Shown: positions 38,369-55,443 of the stretch, piece by piece
How positions within the stretch are numbered: position 1 is the first letter of the stretch
Layout: each line of letters opens with the position of its first letter
Source of the DNA: the human T2T-CHM13v2.0 reference genome, Homo sapiens
Assembly (NCBI RefSeq): GCF_009914755.1
Contig: NC_060947.1
Strand: one strand, 5' to 3'
DNA: 64,000 nt
Program-made: the position numbers and the translations under genes
Notes under the pieces: generated by a model
Databases searched by the model: none
Seen by the model: the letters and a program-made list of their open reading frames with translations, nothing else
What the model was told of the DNA's origin: nothing

Positions 38369-39650
38369 TGAGGACTTCAAAAAGTTCATGGAAAATAGAA
38401 TTAAAAGATAAAATTATAAATTTTATTTCTCAACATAATCTCCATCAAGGTTAAGGCACTTTTGCAAGTGATGACACCAGCCACTTAGTTCATCCCTAAA
38501 GAACTGAGGGTCTTGGGAATTTAACCATGTCAATGCAGTCTTTTTCACATTATTAACTGAAGGAAAATAGGTGATCTTTACAGATTTTTTTTAAAGATTA
38601 GGACAAAAAAGGAGTCAGAGCCAAATACAGACTGTGAAGTGGATGCCTAATGATTTCCCCTCAAAATTCTCACAAGATTGCCCTTGTTTGATACGAGGAA
38701 TGAGAATGAGCAGGAGCATTGTCATGGTGAAGAACTCTCTGGTGAACTGTTCCTGGATGTTCTTCTGCTCATGCTCTGACTTTCTCAAAACACTGTCATA
38801 ATAAACAGATTTTATTGTTCTTTGGCCCTCCAAGAAGTCAACAAGCAACATGCCTGGAGCATCCCCAAAAACTGTTGCCCTGACCTTTGCTCTTGACCGC
38901 TTTTGCTTTGACTGGACCACTTCCGCCTCTTGGTAGCCACTGCTCTGATTGTGCTTTGTCTTCAGGATGGCACTGGGAAAGCCGTGTTTCATCTCCTGTT
39001 ACAGTTCTTCCAATAAATTCTTCATGATCTTGATCTCACCTGTTTAGAATTTCCACTGGAAGCTCCGCTCTTGTTTGCACCTGATCTGGGAGCAATGGTT
39101 TTGCCACCCATTGAATTTGCTCGGTTTTAATTTTTCAGTCAGAATTGTGTGAGCTGAACCAATTGAGATGTCTGTGGTGTTGGCTATTGTTTCTGTTGTT
39201 AATTGTCAGTCCTCTTCTATTAGGGCATAAACAAGATAAATTTTTTCCTCGAAAATTGATATGGATAGTCTGCCGCTGCAGACCTTATCTTCAACATTGT
39301 TTTGTCCTTTCTTAAAATGAGCTATCTATTTGTAAACTGCTAATTTCTTTGGAATATTGTCCCCATAAATTTTGTGTAAAGCATCAGTTATTTCACCATT
39401 CTTCCACTCAAGCTTCACTATAAGTTTGGTGTTTGTTCTTGCTTCAATTTTAGCAGAATTCATGTTGCTCTGATAGGGGCTCTTTCCAAACTGGTGTCTT
39501 ATCTTTCTTAGTGCCTCAAACTAGATACTATTCAGACATGTTACAGCCAAGTTAGTGTGAGTTTATTTTGGTGCAAAAAAAAAAAAATTTAAATCCATGA
39601 ATAGTTTTTTCATAATACCCATTTTCCATGAACTTGTTGAAGTCTCCTCA
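38369..39650 (-). mobile_element. HSMAR2 mariner, near full length, with defective transposase
   Basis: TIRs TGAGGACTTCAAAAAGTTCATGGAAAAT / ATTTTCCATGAACTTGTTGAAGTCTCCTCA, each flanked by TA; ATG at 39463 reads MNSAKIEARTNTKLIVKLEWKNGEITDALHKIYGDNIPKKLAVYK* (stop 39328-39326); ORF 38615-38992 contains SRAKVRATVFGDAPGMLLVDFLEGQRTIKSVYYDSVLRK. Confidence 0.92.
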
Positions 39651-40113
39651 TATAGCTCTGTATTACTTGGCTTTGATCCTTATCCTAAAAGAGGTCAGCT
39701 CACAATTGAAGTATCCAAATGAAAAACAAGCACTCCAGGGATGGTGGATCAGCATTTGAAAGACTAATCAGAGTCCATTTGCACCAGAGTTGGTTAATTA
39801 GCATGATGAAAACAAGCAGTGGCCCTCTGCTCTAGGAATTGGGTGAAAATATTGTGCCACCATCTCCATCCTCAGAAGAACCGCACAAAAGAATCTAGAA
39901 ATAACAGCAGTCTGCCCCCTTCAGAGAAGAGGCCCAGGACTGTCAGGGGCCATTGTCAACCACTAAAGGAGGACCCTGTCCCCTCCCTGGGGGTTAGCTG
40001 AATCCCGGCACTGGAATACAGTGGCATCTGCCTTGAATGTCTCTTTCCCAAAAGGGGCCCGGCCAGAGGGCTCAAGCTTTGCTGAGCTTACAAAACAGAC
40101 TGCAGTGTGCTCT

Positions 40114-40276
40114 CTTTTTTTTTTAAAGAGACAGGGTCTTGCTCTGTTGCCCAGGCTGGAGTACAGTGACAGGATCATAGCTCACTACAGCCTTGAACTC
40201 CTGAGCTCAAGTAATCCTTCCACCTCAGCCTCCCAAGTAACAGGGACTATAGGTATGTGCCACCACGCCCAGCTAA
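40114..40276 (-). mobile_element. Alu right-arm monomer
   Basis: GAGACAGGGTCTTGCTCTGTTGCCCAGGCTGG to CCCAGCTAA only. Confidence 0.88.
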
Positions 40277-41204
40277 AGCAGGGCTCTCTTCATGCCTGCT
40301 TACTAACAAGTGTCTGAATGAGTGGCCAAAACGTGTCTGAGACTTGCTTTCACTGTAACATACCTCCCAGTCATGGGACCGTGGGAAAGGATGCACAAAG
40401 CTCCCACGTACTATTTCTCAAAAGAACTTGTCAGTTCTTCAAAGTCCAAACCAGTTTAAGTTCACAACAGATTATTTGTTAGAATTCTTGAGAACACATT
40501 TAAGGCTCTGTGAGCCTGTACCAGACCGGTTTACATTCTCCAGAGCAGAGCCCTCCTGGGACGGGGTCCCCAGCTGGGCTGCTGCTCTCTCCAGAGAGAG
40601 TTGTTTGGACAGTGACACCCAACACCCCCCAACCTCCCTCGGGACACCAAGTGGCCACAATGAACCCCTGAGGCTTTTAGTGGCAAGAGTGCACTGGATG
40701 TCCAAAAAGTAAGCAAATAAATTTGTTTAGCCCAGCGTCTAAGTTGACTCAACAGTAGAATCAATCACAAAGCCTACAAACAAAAAAGCCCATGCTTTTA
40801 TTTTCTTTGGGGCCAGATGTAATCAACCCCATCTTCTATTTTCTCTCTCCCAAGGGGCAGACTCGTCTATCATTTCCTGTCCTCATCCCCCTGCTTCCTC
40901 ATTCCTCGCTCGCTGGCCAGCCCAGCTGCTACCAGTCATCCTAACTCCCTGCTCCCCTTCACAGCCATCCATCCCCAGGCTCTAGCAGCCCCTGGTAAGA
41001 GTCTCAGCTGGGATCATCAAAACTCCAGGACCACCCTACAGAGAAACAAGGTATCTGACAAACTTCACAGTCTAGTGGTCTAAGAGAAACCCTCTCAACT
41101 TCCTGAAACTCTGCAAATATAGAAGCCATCTTCCACGTAGGCTGCCACCAAAATGATTGCCCCTTTGGCCCTACCCGACATGGAGATTTAGGAAAACAAA
41201 GTCC

Positions 41205-41705
41205 CTGGTGTGGATTGGCAGAACAACACCCCCCCACCCCCTGCAAAGATTTCCACATCCCAATCCCAAGCAAAAGGGAATGAAAGTTGCAGATGGAATT
41301 AAGGTTGCTCATCAGCTGGCCTTACAAAAGGAAGAGTCGCCTGGATTATCCAGGTGGACCCAATGTACCCACAAGGGTTCTTAAAAAGAGAGCGGGGGCA
41401 CAGGAGAGAAGATCAAGTGACACAACCTGAAAAGGACCTGGGTCACTGTTGGTGGCTTTGAAGATGGAGGAAGGGGTCATGAGCCAAGGAATACGGGCTG
41501 CCTCTAGAAGATGGGAAATGGAAGGGAACGGGATTTTCCTTAGAGTTTCCAAAAAGGAATGCAGCCCAGTCAGCACTTTGATTTTAGCCCAGTGAGACCC
41601 ACATCAAACTTCTGACCACAGAACTGTAAGACAGTAAAATCTGTGTTGTTTTAAGCCACTCATTTTATGGTAATTTGTTAGGGCAACAATAGGAAACGAA
41701 TATAC
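41205..41705 (+). mobile_element. MLT1D-like LTR
   Basis: GCAGATGGAATTAAGGTTGCT.ATCAGCTG; GGATTATCCAGGTGGACCCAATGTA; CAACAATAGGAAACGAATATA. Confidence 0.85.
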
Positions 41706-43333
41706 CTGGTTACCAGTACCACCGCTGCGTCTTTTGGACCTGACGGATAAGCGACTGTTAATGAAGTAAAACTCTCTATGCGGAGCCCACAGCACTTTCA
41801 AGTCACTTCCCCCGGAAGGCCGGCACCATGCCCCTAGCACTTATGTCCAAAGAAACCAGTGCCCAAGGACTGAAAACACACTGTGGTTTTGTGTCACAGG
41901 GCAACTTCTAAATAGAACACTTTGCCTGTGCCATTTTTGTGAGATATCTGCTTGACACAGATCTTTAAAAAGCAAACCCACTCAGAGTTATTTCTGTAAC
42001 TGAAGGTGGGCAAGAATGGGGATAGTAAAATGAGACTATTACTTATGAAATGAGCAATGGAAGTTAGGCCTATTCTTATTTATCATTTAATGCATTAATC
42101 TGCACCTAAGTATGGTGATGACAATTTCCATTTCAGACCACCCAAAACCCACAGTGCATGGGTCTCGGCCTTGGTGGTGTTCTTTAATGGCCTCAAAGCT
42201 GTTTTATGCCAGTCTGTTCTTCTGGTTGTTTGGCTGGTGCCATAAACTCACAGCCAGAATTCATTCTTTGCAACGTATTTTTCTTGTGGTAAGTACCCTA
42301 AACCCACAGTGAAACAGAATCCTGCTTAATAGAGGGTGGAGGTGGAGGAGGGGAGCCATGTGAAGGTCAGCACTCCCTATTTCAATAGATTTGGATTCTC
42401 CTTCCAACTAGCTGGGAGTGGAGGTTCAAACCTTAACAGTGTTCAACTGACAAAGGTCTTGCTCAGTGATTCTTATTGCCCAAGCTTGAAAGTAGCTACG
42501 GATCACACAAGCTGGCCTAAAAATAAAAAGCAACGATTTCCAATGCCAGAACAGTGGGGCCATTTAAGCTCTATTTTTAGCAAGTCTCGGTTACCTGGGA
42601 AGCAGCATATGGCTCCTATAATTCTTCAAAGAGTGAGAGCATTAAAAGATTGAAGTGCCTGCGATGAATGGGCTGGTCCCCAAATGACTGTACACACACT
42701 GACCAAAGGAGACAGCCAACACCCCAGTTGACCCAACAGGCTTCCAAAGGGACCCACCTTCATGCTGCAATCTCTTAGCCATTAGCAACAGTTCAAATAT
42801 TAAGCCAGATGACGGAGGAGTTTCCACTACCAATTTATGACATTGAAGACTTTGTGTTTTTGACAGGAGGGCATTTTCTAAGCAATTACTCCCTAGGGAG
42901 GAAGAAAAGAATCCTGAAGCAAAACACCAGGGACTGGTTCAAGCTAACATAAAGCAAGAGGAAAAAAGAAGAAAAACATCCCGCATTGCAGGGGGCCAGA
43001 GACACTTCCCTAAAATGCAGGATGAGAGCCCTGCTGCAGAAATGAGCACTCTGGCTCCCTTACCTCAAATCTACTGTGCCCAACCCAGGGCACCCAAATG
43101 TGCCTCTTTACTCACCCAGGAGGAAGTGTGGCAAGCCTGAAAGCTGACCACAACTAAGGAAGATAAAGGAGAAGATTTCTTCTATGGTAGAACCATGGCA
43201 GGGAAACTTTGGAGGGGACAGTAAAACAAGCTAGCCCCTCAGCTACCCTGAAGACAGGGCACGCGCTTTACAAGGGGCTGATCATATAAATGGGTCTTTT
43301 CTTGGCAAGTTCAATGCAAAAGAAACTTCTGAG

Positions 43334-43652
<319 letters not shown>

Positions 43653-45504
43653 TCAAAGGCCACAGGAAGATTCTCATACATACAGCAGAAGTGGTCTAGG
43701 CACAAATGCTGTTGTGTTGCCAAAATTCTCCCATGGATGGCGTCACTGATGATTTTACCTATATTTTAGGCCTCTTGAGAGAAATACTATCCAAACGTAA
43801 ACAGACCTTACAACACGACAAGGCCAAGAGCAGGGAAAACTGAGTAGTGCTGGCTTTCTCGGTCGCCTCAACCATAGCCAACATGCACTCGAGCAGAAGT
43901 CAATATGCGATCCCATTAAATTTCTGAACTGGTTGGGGAAAATGAGGCTCTGGCTTTAAAGTCACATGTTGTTTTCACTCTTTCAACAAAATTTTTCTTT
44001 CGCTGCCTGTTGGTGAGACACTGTGCCAGGCATAGTGATACCGGCATAGACAAGAAGACCTGAGAAGGCTGTGGTCTTGGCCTGGGCGCCAGGGAAACTA
44101 GTGCTCACAGAGCATAATTTTTGGAGTCCTTGCAGGAACCCACTGGGGCTTCCTGAACCAGCATGTGCCTTCTCCTCAAGTGGTGACCCTTCTCCTGTGC
44201 TTCAGGAAGCAGCCAAGTTAGGGGTGGGGAGGGAGGAAAGGGAAGAGGGAATTATGTCTGGCTACAACAAATCGGATTTCCTTGCATTTTCCAGCAGACC
44301 AAGTAAAACAAAGATAAATAAGATGTCTCACGAACCCCCCTCAAAAATAAATAACTCATCCCCAATTGGTGGTGTCTTCCTGTTTATAAACCCCAGGAAA
44401 GTGAAATTGCAACTGCAGTGTGTATGAATTATTTTAGTCAGACATGCGATTCTCTTCCACCTCCTAAGCAAGAATTTGTCAGCTCCAGGCTAAGAGCCAA
44501 GATTTCTCAAGACAGGGCCTAGGACAACATGGAGGGAAGGAAGGAAGGGTCCAAGCACAGTCTTAGTGAAGCCCAGGGAGGCAATGAAAAGGGGCCGAGG
44601 ATGGTGCTGCTGGATCCAGGAAAGGACAAATGAGTCTTGCTGGCCCCTGCAGACTCCTAAGTTATCACCACAGAAAGTTTGTCCTATCTTATATACAAAA
44701 ATGAGTGCACATAAATTTGACAAATTAGCGACTTAACCTCCCCCATTATCAGAAGAAAGTGACTGATGAAAGAAAAAAAAATTGATGAAAGAAAAAAGAA
44801 AAAGACTTCTAAATCGAGCTGCCTAAAGGAGTAGGGACCTGTAATGACTTCCCAAAGACCCCATCTCCAAATAACACAACATGAGGGATTAGGGCTGCAA
44901 CACAGGAATGAATAGGAGGGGGATGCAAACGTCCAGTCCACAGCAAGCTGGAGGGCCAGAGGGTATTAGGAAAGGAGGGTTTGATTTGTCTACCTACTAT
45001 GTGCATGCAATGTATGATGAGGTGATTATTGCACACAAGGCGGCTCTGGCCACGATGTGCTAGTGTGGGCTTTTGTTATTGTTTATTTGTAACACATCTG
45101 GGCCCCTACTGTGCGCCGGGATCTTAATACGCACCTTGTCATTTAATCCTAGGGATGCTAGCTGCTCTGTTAGCTTCGCTGAGGAAGCTACAAGTACAAC
45201 AGTGGATGGGAATGCCCTCCGCAAAAGGACTGTGGCAAACAGAAGACTGATGGATGAAATTGTCACTCATGAGAAAGACCTCAAAAATATGCTTTGTTTT
45301 TTAGGATTACTTCAACATTTGAATCCCGACAATCACAAAGTATCAGAAAACAAAGTCCTCTCTTCAGCAAATTCACCAGTTCTGACAACTTAACACTTAA
45401 AATATATCCACAGCCATGTGATTGGCAAAAATGCGATGGTATGATATGGCAGAAACTGATCATTCTCTCTAGTACCCATTATCCCCTTCCTCTTTTAAAA
45501 AATA

Positions 45505-45721
45505 CAGATGCTTCTCAACTAACCACAGGGCTACATCTGCATAAACCCATCGTGAGTTGAAAATATCCTAAGTTGTAAATGCACTTTTGACTTAGGATAT
45601 TTTCAACTCACGATGGGTTTATGGGGACATGATGAGGAATGTGCTGAATGCATGTCATTTTTCCACCACTGTAAAATCAGAAAACCATTCAATCAACCCA
45701 TTATAAGTCAGGGACTGTCTG
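45505..45721. mobile_element. Tigger4a/MER46-like MITE
   Basis: TA|CAGATGCTTCTCAACT...TAAGTCAGGGACTGTCTG|TA; internal ATAAACCCATCGT.AGTTGAAAATATC. Confidence 0.8.
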
Positions 45722-45741
45722 TAGAACCCATCCCTTCCCCT

Positions 45742-46565
45742 ACGGTAGACAGAATAATGCTCCCCAATCCCCACAAAGTATGTCCATGCCCTAATTCCCC
45801 GAACCTGTGAATATGCCACCTAAAGTGGCTAAAGGGACTTCACAGATTTGATTAAGGATCTTGACATGAGGACAGTATCCTGGATTAACTGGCTGATCCC
45901 AGTGTAATCACACGGATCTTTAAAAGATGGAAGAGCCGGAAAAGGAAATGAGATGAAGGGAGGAGGGGTCAGGGTGATGTGAGGAAGAGGCCAGAAGCCA
46001 AGGCATGCAGTTGACCTCTAGAAGCTGCAAAAGGTAAGGAAAGGAATCCTCCCCTAGAGCCTCCAGAAGGCACTCAGCCCTGCCCACCCATTCTGGACTT
46101 CTGATTTCACAAACTAGAATACAATAAATTATGCTGTTTGCAGCCATTACATTTGTGGTAATTTATTACAGCAGGAATAGGAAATTAATACTCCTCTGCC
46201 TTCAGATTTTGCTGGGCACATGGTTACACAGCTGGAGCCTGTTTCCTCAGACTCACCTGCAGCTGGGTGTGAGACTGTAGCTAAGTTCTTTGCAATGGGG
46301 TGTGGGTGGAAGTGATGTAAGCAGTTTCCATGTCATGTCCTTAACGAAGAGAAGCTACTCCCCGTCTACTTCCCTCTGCCATGGGCTGAAAGGTGGACAC
46401 AGTGCTGGTGAGCCAGCTCCGACCATGTCCACAAGAGAGAAGGAATCTGAGCAAAGCAATTCACTCACCCTGACCAGTCCAGTGGTCAGGAGGCAGTAGC
46501 CTGAGAAGGAAACAGCTATGCTGTCTTGGGGTCTCTGTGATGGCAGTTTAGCCTATATCCCAATA
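45742..46565 (+). mobile_element. MLT1C/D LTR (45742-46192) followed by an older MLT1 fragment
   Basis: GGTAGACAGAATAATG.TCCCC; CCCCTAGAGCCTCCAGAAGG; ATAGGAAATTAATAC. Confidence 0.75.
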
Positions 46566-46569
46566 TATC

Positions 46570-47642
<1,073 letters not shown>

Positions 47643-48863
47643 TAGCACCACATGAGAAGGCCTCAGAGAGAACTGTGTGAAGGGATTCTCACAGTGGTTT
47701 GAAGAGAGAAAAGAGATGGGATAAGCAAGTGAACACAAAAGACCGCACCAGAGCAAGCAGTATGTGCCTGTCACATCACCAAGCAACAACCTCACGGCCG
47801 AAGCACACCGCCGTGTCTCCTGTTACTGCTGATCTTCATGGTAGTGGGTTTAAGGCAAAGCAGGAATTATTGGGAAATGTTTTCCTTGTGAGGGGAACTT
47901 TAGCACTCATTTGAGAAACCCCATTCTGTTTTGTTTCTCTCTAAACTACCAGTGAGGAGGGAGTTTCAGAGACTGACTAGACATTTTTCTATCTCACAAA
48001 GCTGTCTTCTAATTTGATGTGTTTTGCTAAAATTTATATCTTTCCTTCTTTCTGGATAAATAGAACTTTCTCAAACAAACACCCTTTGGTTTAACTGCTT
48101 ATTTTGTTGGGCGATTCATAAAATGACCACATCACAATCTTCACCCAATTAGGGAAATGAAAGTTAAGAAAAATGAACAATTGAGGGAAACTCTAGATAT
48201 GTTTGAGGAGTTCCCCTGGTTATCAGATCTTATGCTTAACAGGCACTCAATAAACACTTCTAGAATTTAATTGAATTCCAATACACAGCAGTATTGAGTC
48301 AACTGTTTTGTTTGTCCTACAAATTCAAGTCAGGTTATGTTCACAATTTGAAAAGGTAACAAAGGGATAAAGTATATGGTACATATTAGCACCAATGCTT
48401 TCTAACATTTATTATCATGAACTTTAGAACTTTCACTGAAACTTGCCCCTGAGATGGCATCATAAATATTCAACTTATTTTTTTAACAGGTACATGAGCT
48501 GACATTTGACGTACACTTGGTGGCTGAAGAATGAATACTTTCCACAATCCTGTCCATTACTGAAAGTGATGAATTAAAAAGGCCAAGGCGTTGAGATGGT
48601 TCATCCAGCCTGGCTCCTGGGGGTTCTAGCCACCCTTACGTGGTGCCCTTTAAAGCTAAGAGCACAATTTTTTCAGAGGAGTGCATGATGACACAAAGCT
48701 AAGCTAGAAACCACAAGGGGATTATTACAGCCACGACCTTTCCCTTGCCAGCAAGGGACTTGGACCCCTATCTCAGCCAAACATGAAGTCACATGGATGG
48801 CTCAGGGCCTTCAGGACACAGTTTTCCCTATGGTTCTGGGAAACAAAATTCCCTTAAATATCA

Positions 48864-49698
<835 letters not shown>

Positions 49699-49716
49699 TC
49701 AGTTGATCTGTCTCCA

Positions 49717-49722
49717 TCTCTC

Positions 49723-49775
<53 letters not shown>
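49717..49775. repeat. Compound (CT)n(CA)n microsatellite
   Basis: Seen directly. Confidence 0.93.
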
Positions 49776-49779
<4 letters not shown>

Positions 49780-50163
49780 CACATATAAAAGGGATGATAA
49801 GCCATATGAACACAGAGTTTCTAGAACTAAAACTGAAAGCAAACACATGGAGGACAAGTACCCTGCCAATTCCCATGTGCCAATTCCCTTGGACTGAACT
49901 CTTCTTCCTTCTCATCATCAGGGGCCAGTCCAGTCATTTGGGCATCTATGGAGATAAAGAATGGATATAAAATGCCACACTGCCTACAGTGTGATTTCCT
50001 TACAGGATAGAAAGGGGACATATGTCCATCACATCCTCGTCTATATAATATCAAGATCATAGAAGCTACCTAAATGCTCAAATGACAGGGAAATAGTTAC
50101 ATAAATTAAGATGCATGAACTCAAATATTCAGCTACTAAAAACACTGGCTTCAAAGATGACTA

Positions 50164-51015
<852 letters not shown>

Positions 51016-51149
51016 CTAAAATAAAAATCACAGTTATTCTAGAGTAGGGACCCATGGCTGGCTGTGGGATGGAGAAGGCCAGTAACCCTGTCCCTGGCTC
51101 TTCCTGCCCTGTGGGATTGAAAATCTGAGGCACGCAGCAATACTGGGTT

Positions 51150-51915
51150 TGAAGGAAGAAATGGGAGAATGTGGGAAGGAGGAGGAAGTGCAAGAGAGAA
51201 GAGGGGTTGAGGGAGAGTGGGCACTGGGGCCAGAGTGGGGTTCCGGGGAGAGAACTGGGGTCGGGGGAGAAAGAAGTGGGCAGAGAGACAGAAAAGGGGG
51301 CTTGGGGGCAGATGAGAGGATGGGAGAGAGGAGAGGAAGAGTTGGGGGGGCAAAGTGGGGGGGTGTGGAGGTGTTGAGGGGTGAGAGAAGAGAGGCAGGA
51401 GGGGGAAGAAGAAAGGAAGAAGGGCTTAGTAAGAACAGGAGAGGAAGTGTGGAGAAGGGGGCAGTGGAGAAGGGATGTGGGCAATGAGAAGGGTAAGACA
51501 CAGGGGCCAGGAGAGGAGGGGTGAGGAAGAGAGAAAATAAGAGGAACGGGCTGGGAAGAAAGGGGCAAAACACAGAGGGGCTGAGAGGAAGGGAGAGCAG
51601 AAGTGGGGAGGGTCAGGAGGCTGGGGGTGGACAGTGAGGATGCGGGGAGAGAGACTAAGAGGGAAAGAGAAGGTGTGGGGAGAAGGGGTGTGGAAAAGAG
51701 GGTGGAAGGGGAGAGGGGGTGCAGGGGAATGGGAGAGAGATGCGGGGACAAAGAGCGTAGGGGAGATGGATCTGGATGAGAGAAAGTGAGGGAGACAGGG
51801 TGAAGAGGAGTGAGGGATGAGAGAAAGGGTGAGGGGATGAAGAAAGAGCAGAGAGAGAAAAGGTAGGGGGAGAGAGAGGAGAAAAAGAGGGGGAGAAGGC
51901 AGGAGGGAGGAGATA
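51150..51915. repeat. GA-rich low-complexity tract
   Basis: ~760 bp strongly purine/G-run biased on the + strand, with no clear period. Confidence 0.88.
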
Positions 51916-52984
51916 GGCATTAGGGCGAGAGCCCCCTGCCCGCTTTCTGGAGCGCATCTCTACCTCAGGGGTTAACTCGTCAGGCGGTGGCTGTTTTTTA
52001 CAATGTCTACATCTCTTCCTCCATTTAAAAACCCACAGGTTCCCTAAAAGCGCCAGACGATGTCACAACTGTACCCTTCCCCCATGGCATGCTATCACCA
52101 ACCCATCCAAGGGCCCCCAGAGGCACAGACACACTTTTTAACGGCCGCCAACTCAATAGGTGACATGGAGCTTAGTCACACAGTTCAGGAGCTCAAAGGA
52201 TTAAAATAGCCCCATTACTCTGAAGCACAACTGTTCTCGGCTCCGACAAGGGCCCTTCCTCAGGGAGCCTCATAGAAGGGACTCTGTGAGGATGGAATGA
52301 ACATCCTGGATGGCTAGAGCACAGAAGAGGCCACACGGCCTCACATCAGTCACTCCTTTGTCAAGAGGAGGGCAGGGAAAATGAATGCCAACACTGGCAG
52401 GCGGTCTAGCATCCTCACTGAGAGTGCCTGGCCCGAGGGCAGCCCCGTAGCACCCACTCCTCCACAGGGCAGGGCTTCATTTGGGTCCTCCATGCGCCCT
52501 CCTTCAACATTTACACCAGGACTGGAACTGAGCACCTCCCGCCCACCATGGATGTGGGCATGGAGCAGCCACCTGTGTATATGGAGGGTGGAGGTGGGAG
52601 GAGACAGAAGCTCCGGTGGGCTCAGTCTCACTAACAAAAATGTGGAACTGGGACCAAATCAAGTCACACTTAACAGGCATTTGGAACTGTGGCATGTGCC
52701 CCATGAACAAGTCACACAGAAGAAAGGGGACAGGGAGGAAGCATGGCCAGAGGGCACACTGGGCAGCTGGCCCACACCTAGCTCCAGCTGCTGCTTCTTG
52801 GGGTCCGGCTCCTCCAGCAGGCACCCTTGGGTTGCATGAGAGGTCCCTGTGGCCCCAGAATAAGCATCCCTTTTGCTCAGGTTAGCGGGCCCTGCTTGGC
52901 TTCTATCATTTGAAGAAAGTCCTTACTATATATACAACATGAAAGTGGGAAGACTGTTCCTGAGTTCAAAACCCAGATGGGTTA

Positions 52985-53350
<366 letters not shown>

Positions 53351-55207
53351 TCAGCTGAGCCTCAGGACAATAGAGCAGTCTCCTGGAGAACTTTTCCGAA
53401 GTCCACCTATCCCTCCATCAAAACTAGATGGAAGGACTAGGCATAGCGTTCCAATGCACATCTCCGGGGGGGAGAAAATCCCCAGCTAGACAGAAGTTCA
53501 CCCATCATCAATTAATCAGGACGTTAAAAAAGGAGGGGAAAATAACAGAAATGCCTCTGTGTTGGTATACATATGAAAGCTCCCTGGAAGAAAACTTGAG
53601 AAACAAAATAGCAGCAGCCTATGGGGAGGGTCACTGCATAGCTGAAGGACAGAGATGGGAGGGAGACTTTTTCCCGTAAACACTTTTTCACCTTTTGAAT
53701 TTCGAATCCTGGGGATATATAACCTATTCCAAAAACTAACTTTAAAAATGTCTCAAGCAAGCAGCTGTAGTCATTATGCCCCAGAAAACAGATGAAGACA
53801 GTGTGAACTGCTTCCCCCTTTCCAATTTTTTCTTCAATTGGTGAAATCTTCCACCTCACTTTTCCCCCCACAATCCACCCTCCGCAAGCCAATTACTTTC
53901 ATTTGTTTCCTGACAGCCAAAAGCAGCAATTAAGCTTTAAAAAAATCACCATCAATTAACAAACACTTACTCTGTCCATCCTGCTTCATGGATCACAGAT
54001 GAGCTCATTGACCTACTGTATTTGAGTTGACACCTCTCTTTGCCATCTAATAGTTTGTTGAGAACAAAGGGGTAATTAGAAATCACTGGCTAAGTGGTTT
54101 AAAACTGTCCCATTTCGGTCAAGTTGTGAAGAGATGTTTTTGCTGGTTTTGTTTTGATGATCAAAACAGGAGAAAGGCAAAGTTCATTTACGAAGTCACT
54201 TCTGTCAAGTGAATTTGAGAAGCTATTATGTAAAATGCTCATCAAAAGACAGCACCCAGAACACCCTGGTGAAGAAAATTGAGGTCCATGAAGATGCTGG
54301 CTAAGAGGAGGGGGCAGCAGAGCAAGAATGGCCTTTCCCAGTCTTCATCCAAAATGAGGGCCAAGCGTCTCCGTCTAGCTCCAGGCACAAACCTAAGAAC
54401 TAGCTGGAATAATTAGACAGGACACTAAGCTAATTAAAGACTTTTCACATGGGGAGGTAACATGTGATGGCTAAAACTGGTGCAGCCCCAGAGGACCAGA
54501 CCTAGAACATGGCCCCAAGTCTTCTAAGTCTAGAACAGTCCAGAAAAATCTGGCAAAAACACAAGGGCTGGTGTTTGCATACTGGCTGGTAAGAAGCTCA
54601 AGTGTAAGGAGATGGTTGTTTAAACTGTCTATACATGCTGTACTTGGGTGCTCAAGGACTTAAATTTATTATGCCAAATGAGTCATTAATAAGCATTGAA
54701 ATGTTTATAGTATTTTATCCAAGATAGAAATAACAGTATGAACTGAACTGCACTTCATCTTGCCACTCTGTCACCCACACCTGGAGATGGACCAGCCTCC
54801 AGCAGTGCCCCCACCACTTCCGTGGCCACAGAAAGGAAGTAAGCAGAGGCCTTTTCTGGTCTTTTCTTGCCAACTGGATAGTATTCCGTTAGGACAAGTA
54901 TCACAGGATTTTTGTTATTAGTGTTTTTTCTTTGTAAGGCTAAATATAAGCACAGTTGACCACAGAGTTAAGACCCATGAGCTACCTTTTGCCTTAAGCA
55001 TCCCCTAATGAAAACTACAGAACTGCCTGCAAGATATTTATCCATAAGATAATGATCAAGTTGAAAACCAAGTGCTCATGATCACAGGTTGCTGGTGGAC
55101 CTTTGCCAGCTGAAGGAATTTAAGTGAAGAAACGTGGAATGATATCAACCATGTGTGTGAATTCGAGGGATCTGTTTGGCACTGCAGTGTTTTCTCCCAT
55201 GATGTAG

Positions 55208-55443
<236 letters not shown>

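Noticed and set aside
38615-38992. Transposase-like ORF as an active or domesticated gene
   Set aside because: Only part of the ORF is in the transposase frame; there is an upstream stop at codon 46, frameshifts, and a W-to-G change in the conserved VFWD motif.
41807-41817. Apparent STAT6 site TTC..GAA
   Set aside because: The spacer is 5 nt (TTCCCCCGGAA), not 3 or 4.
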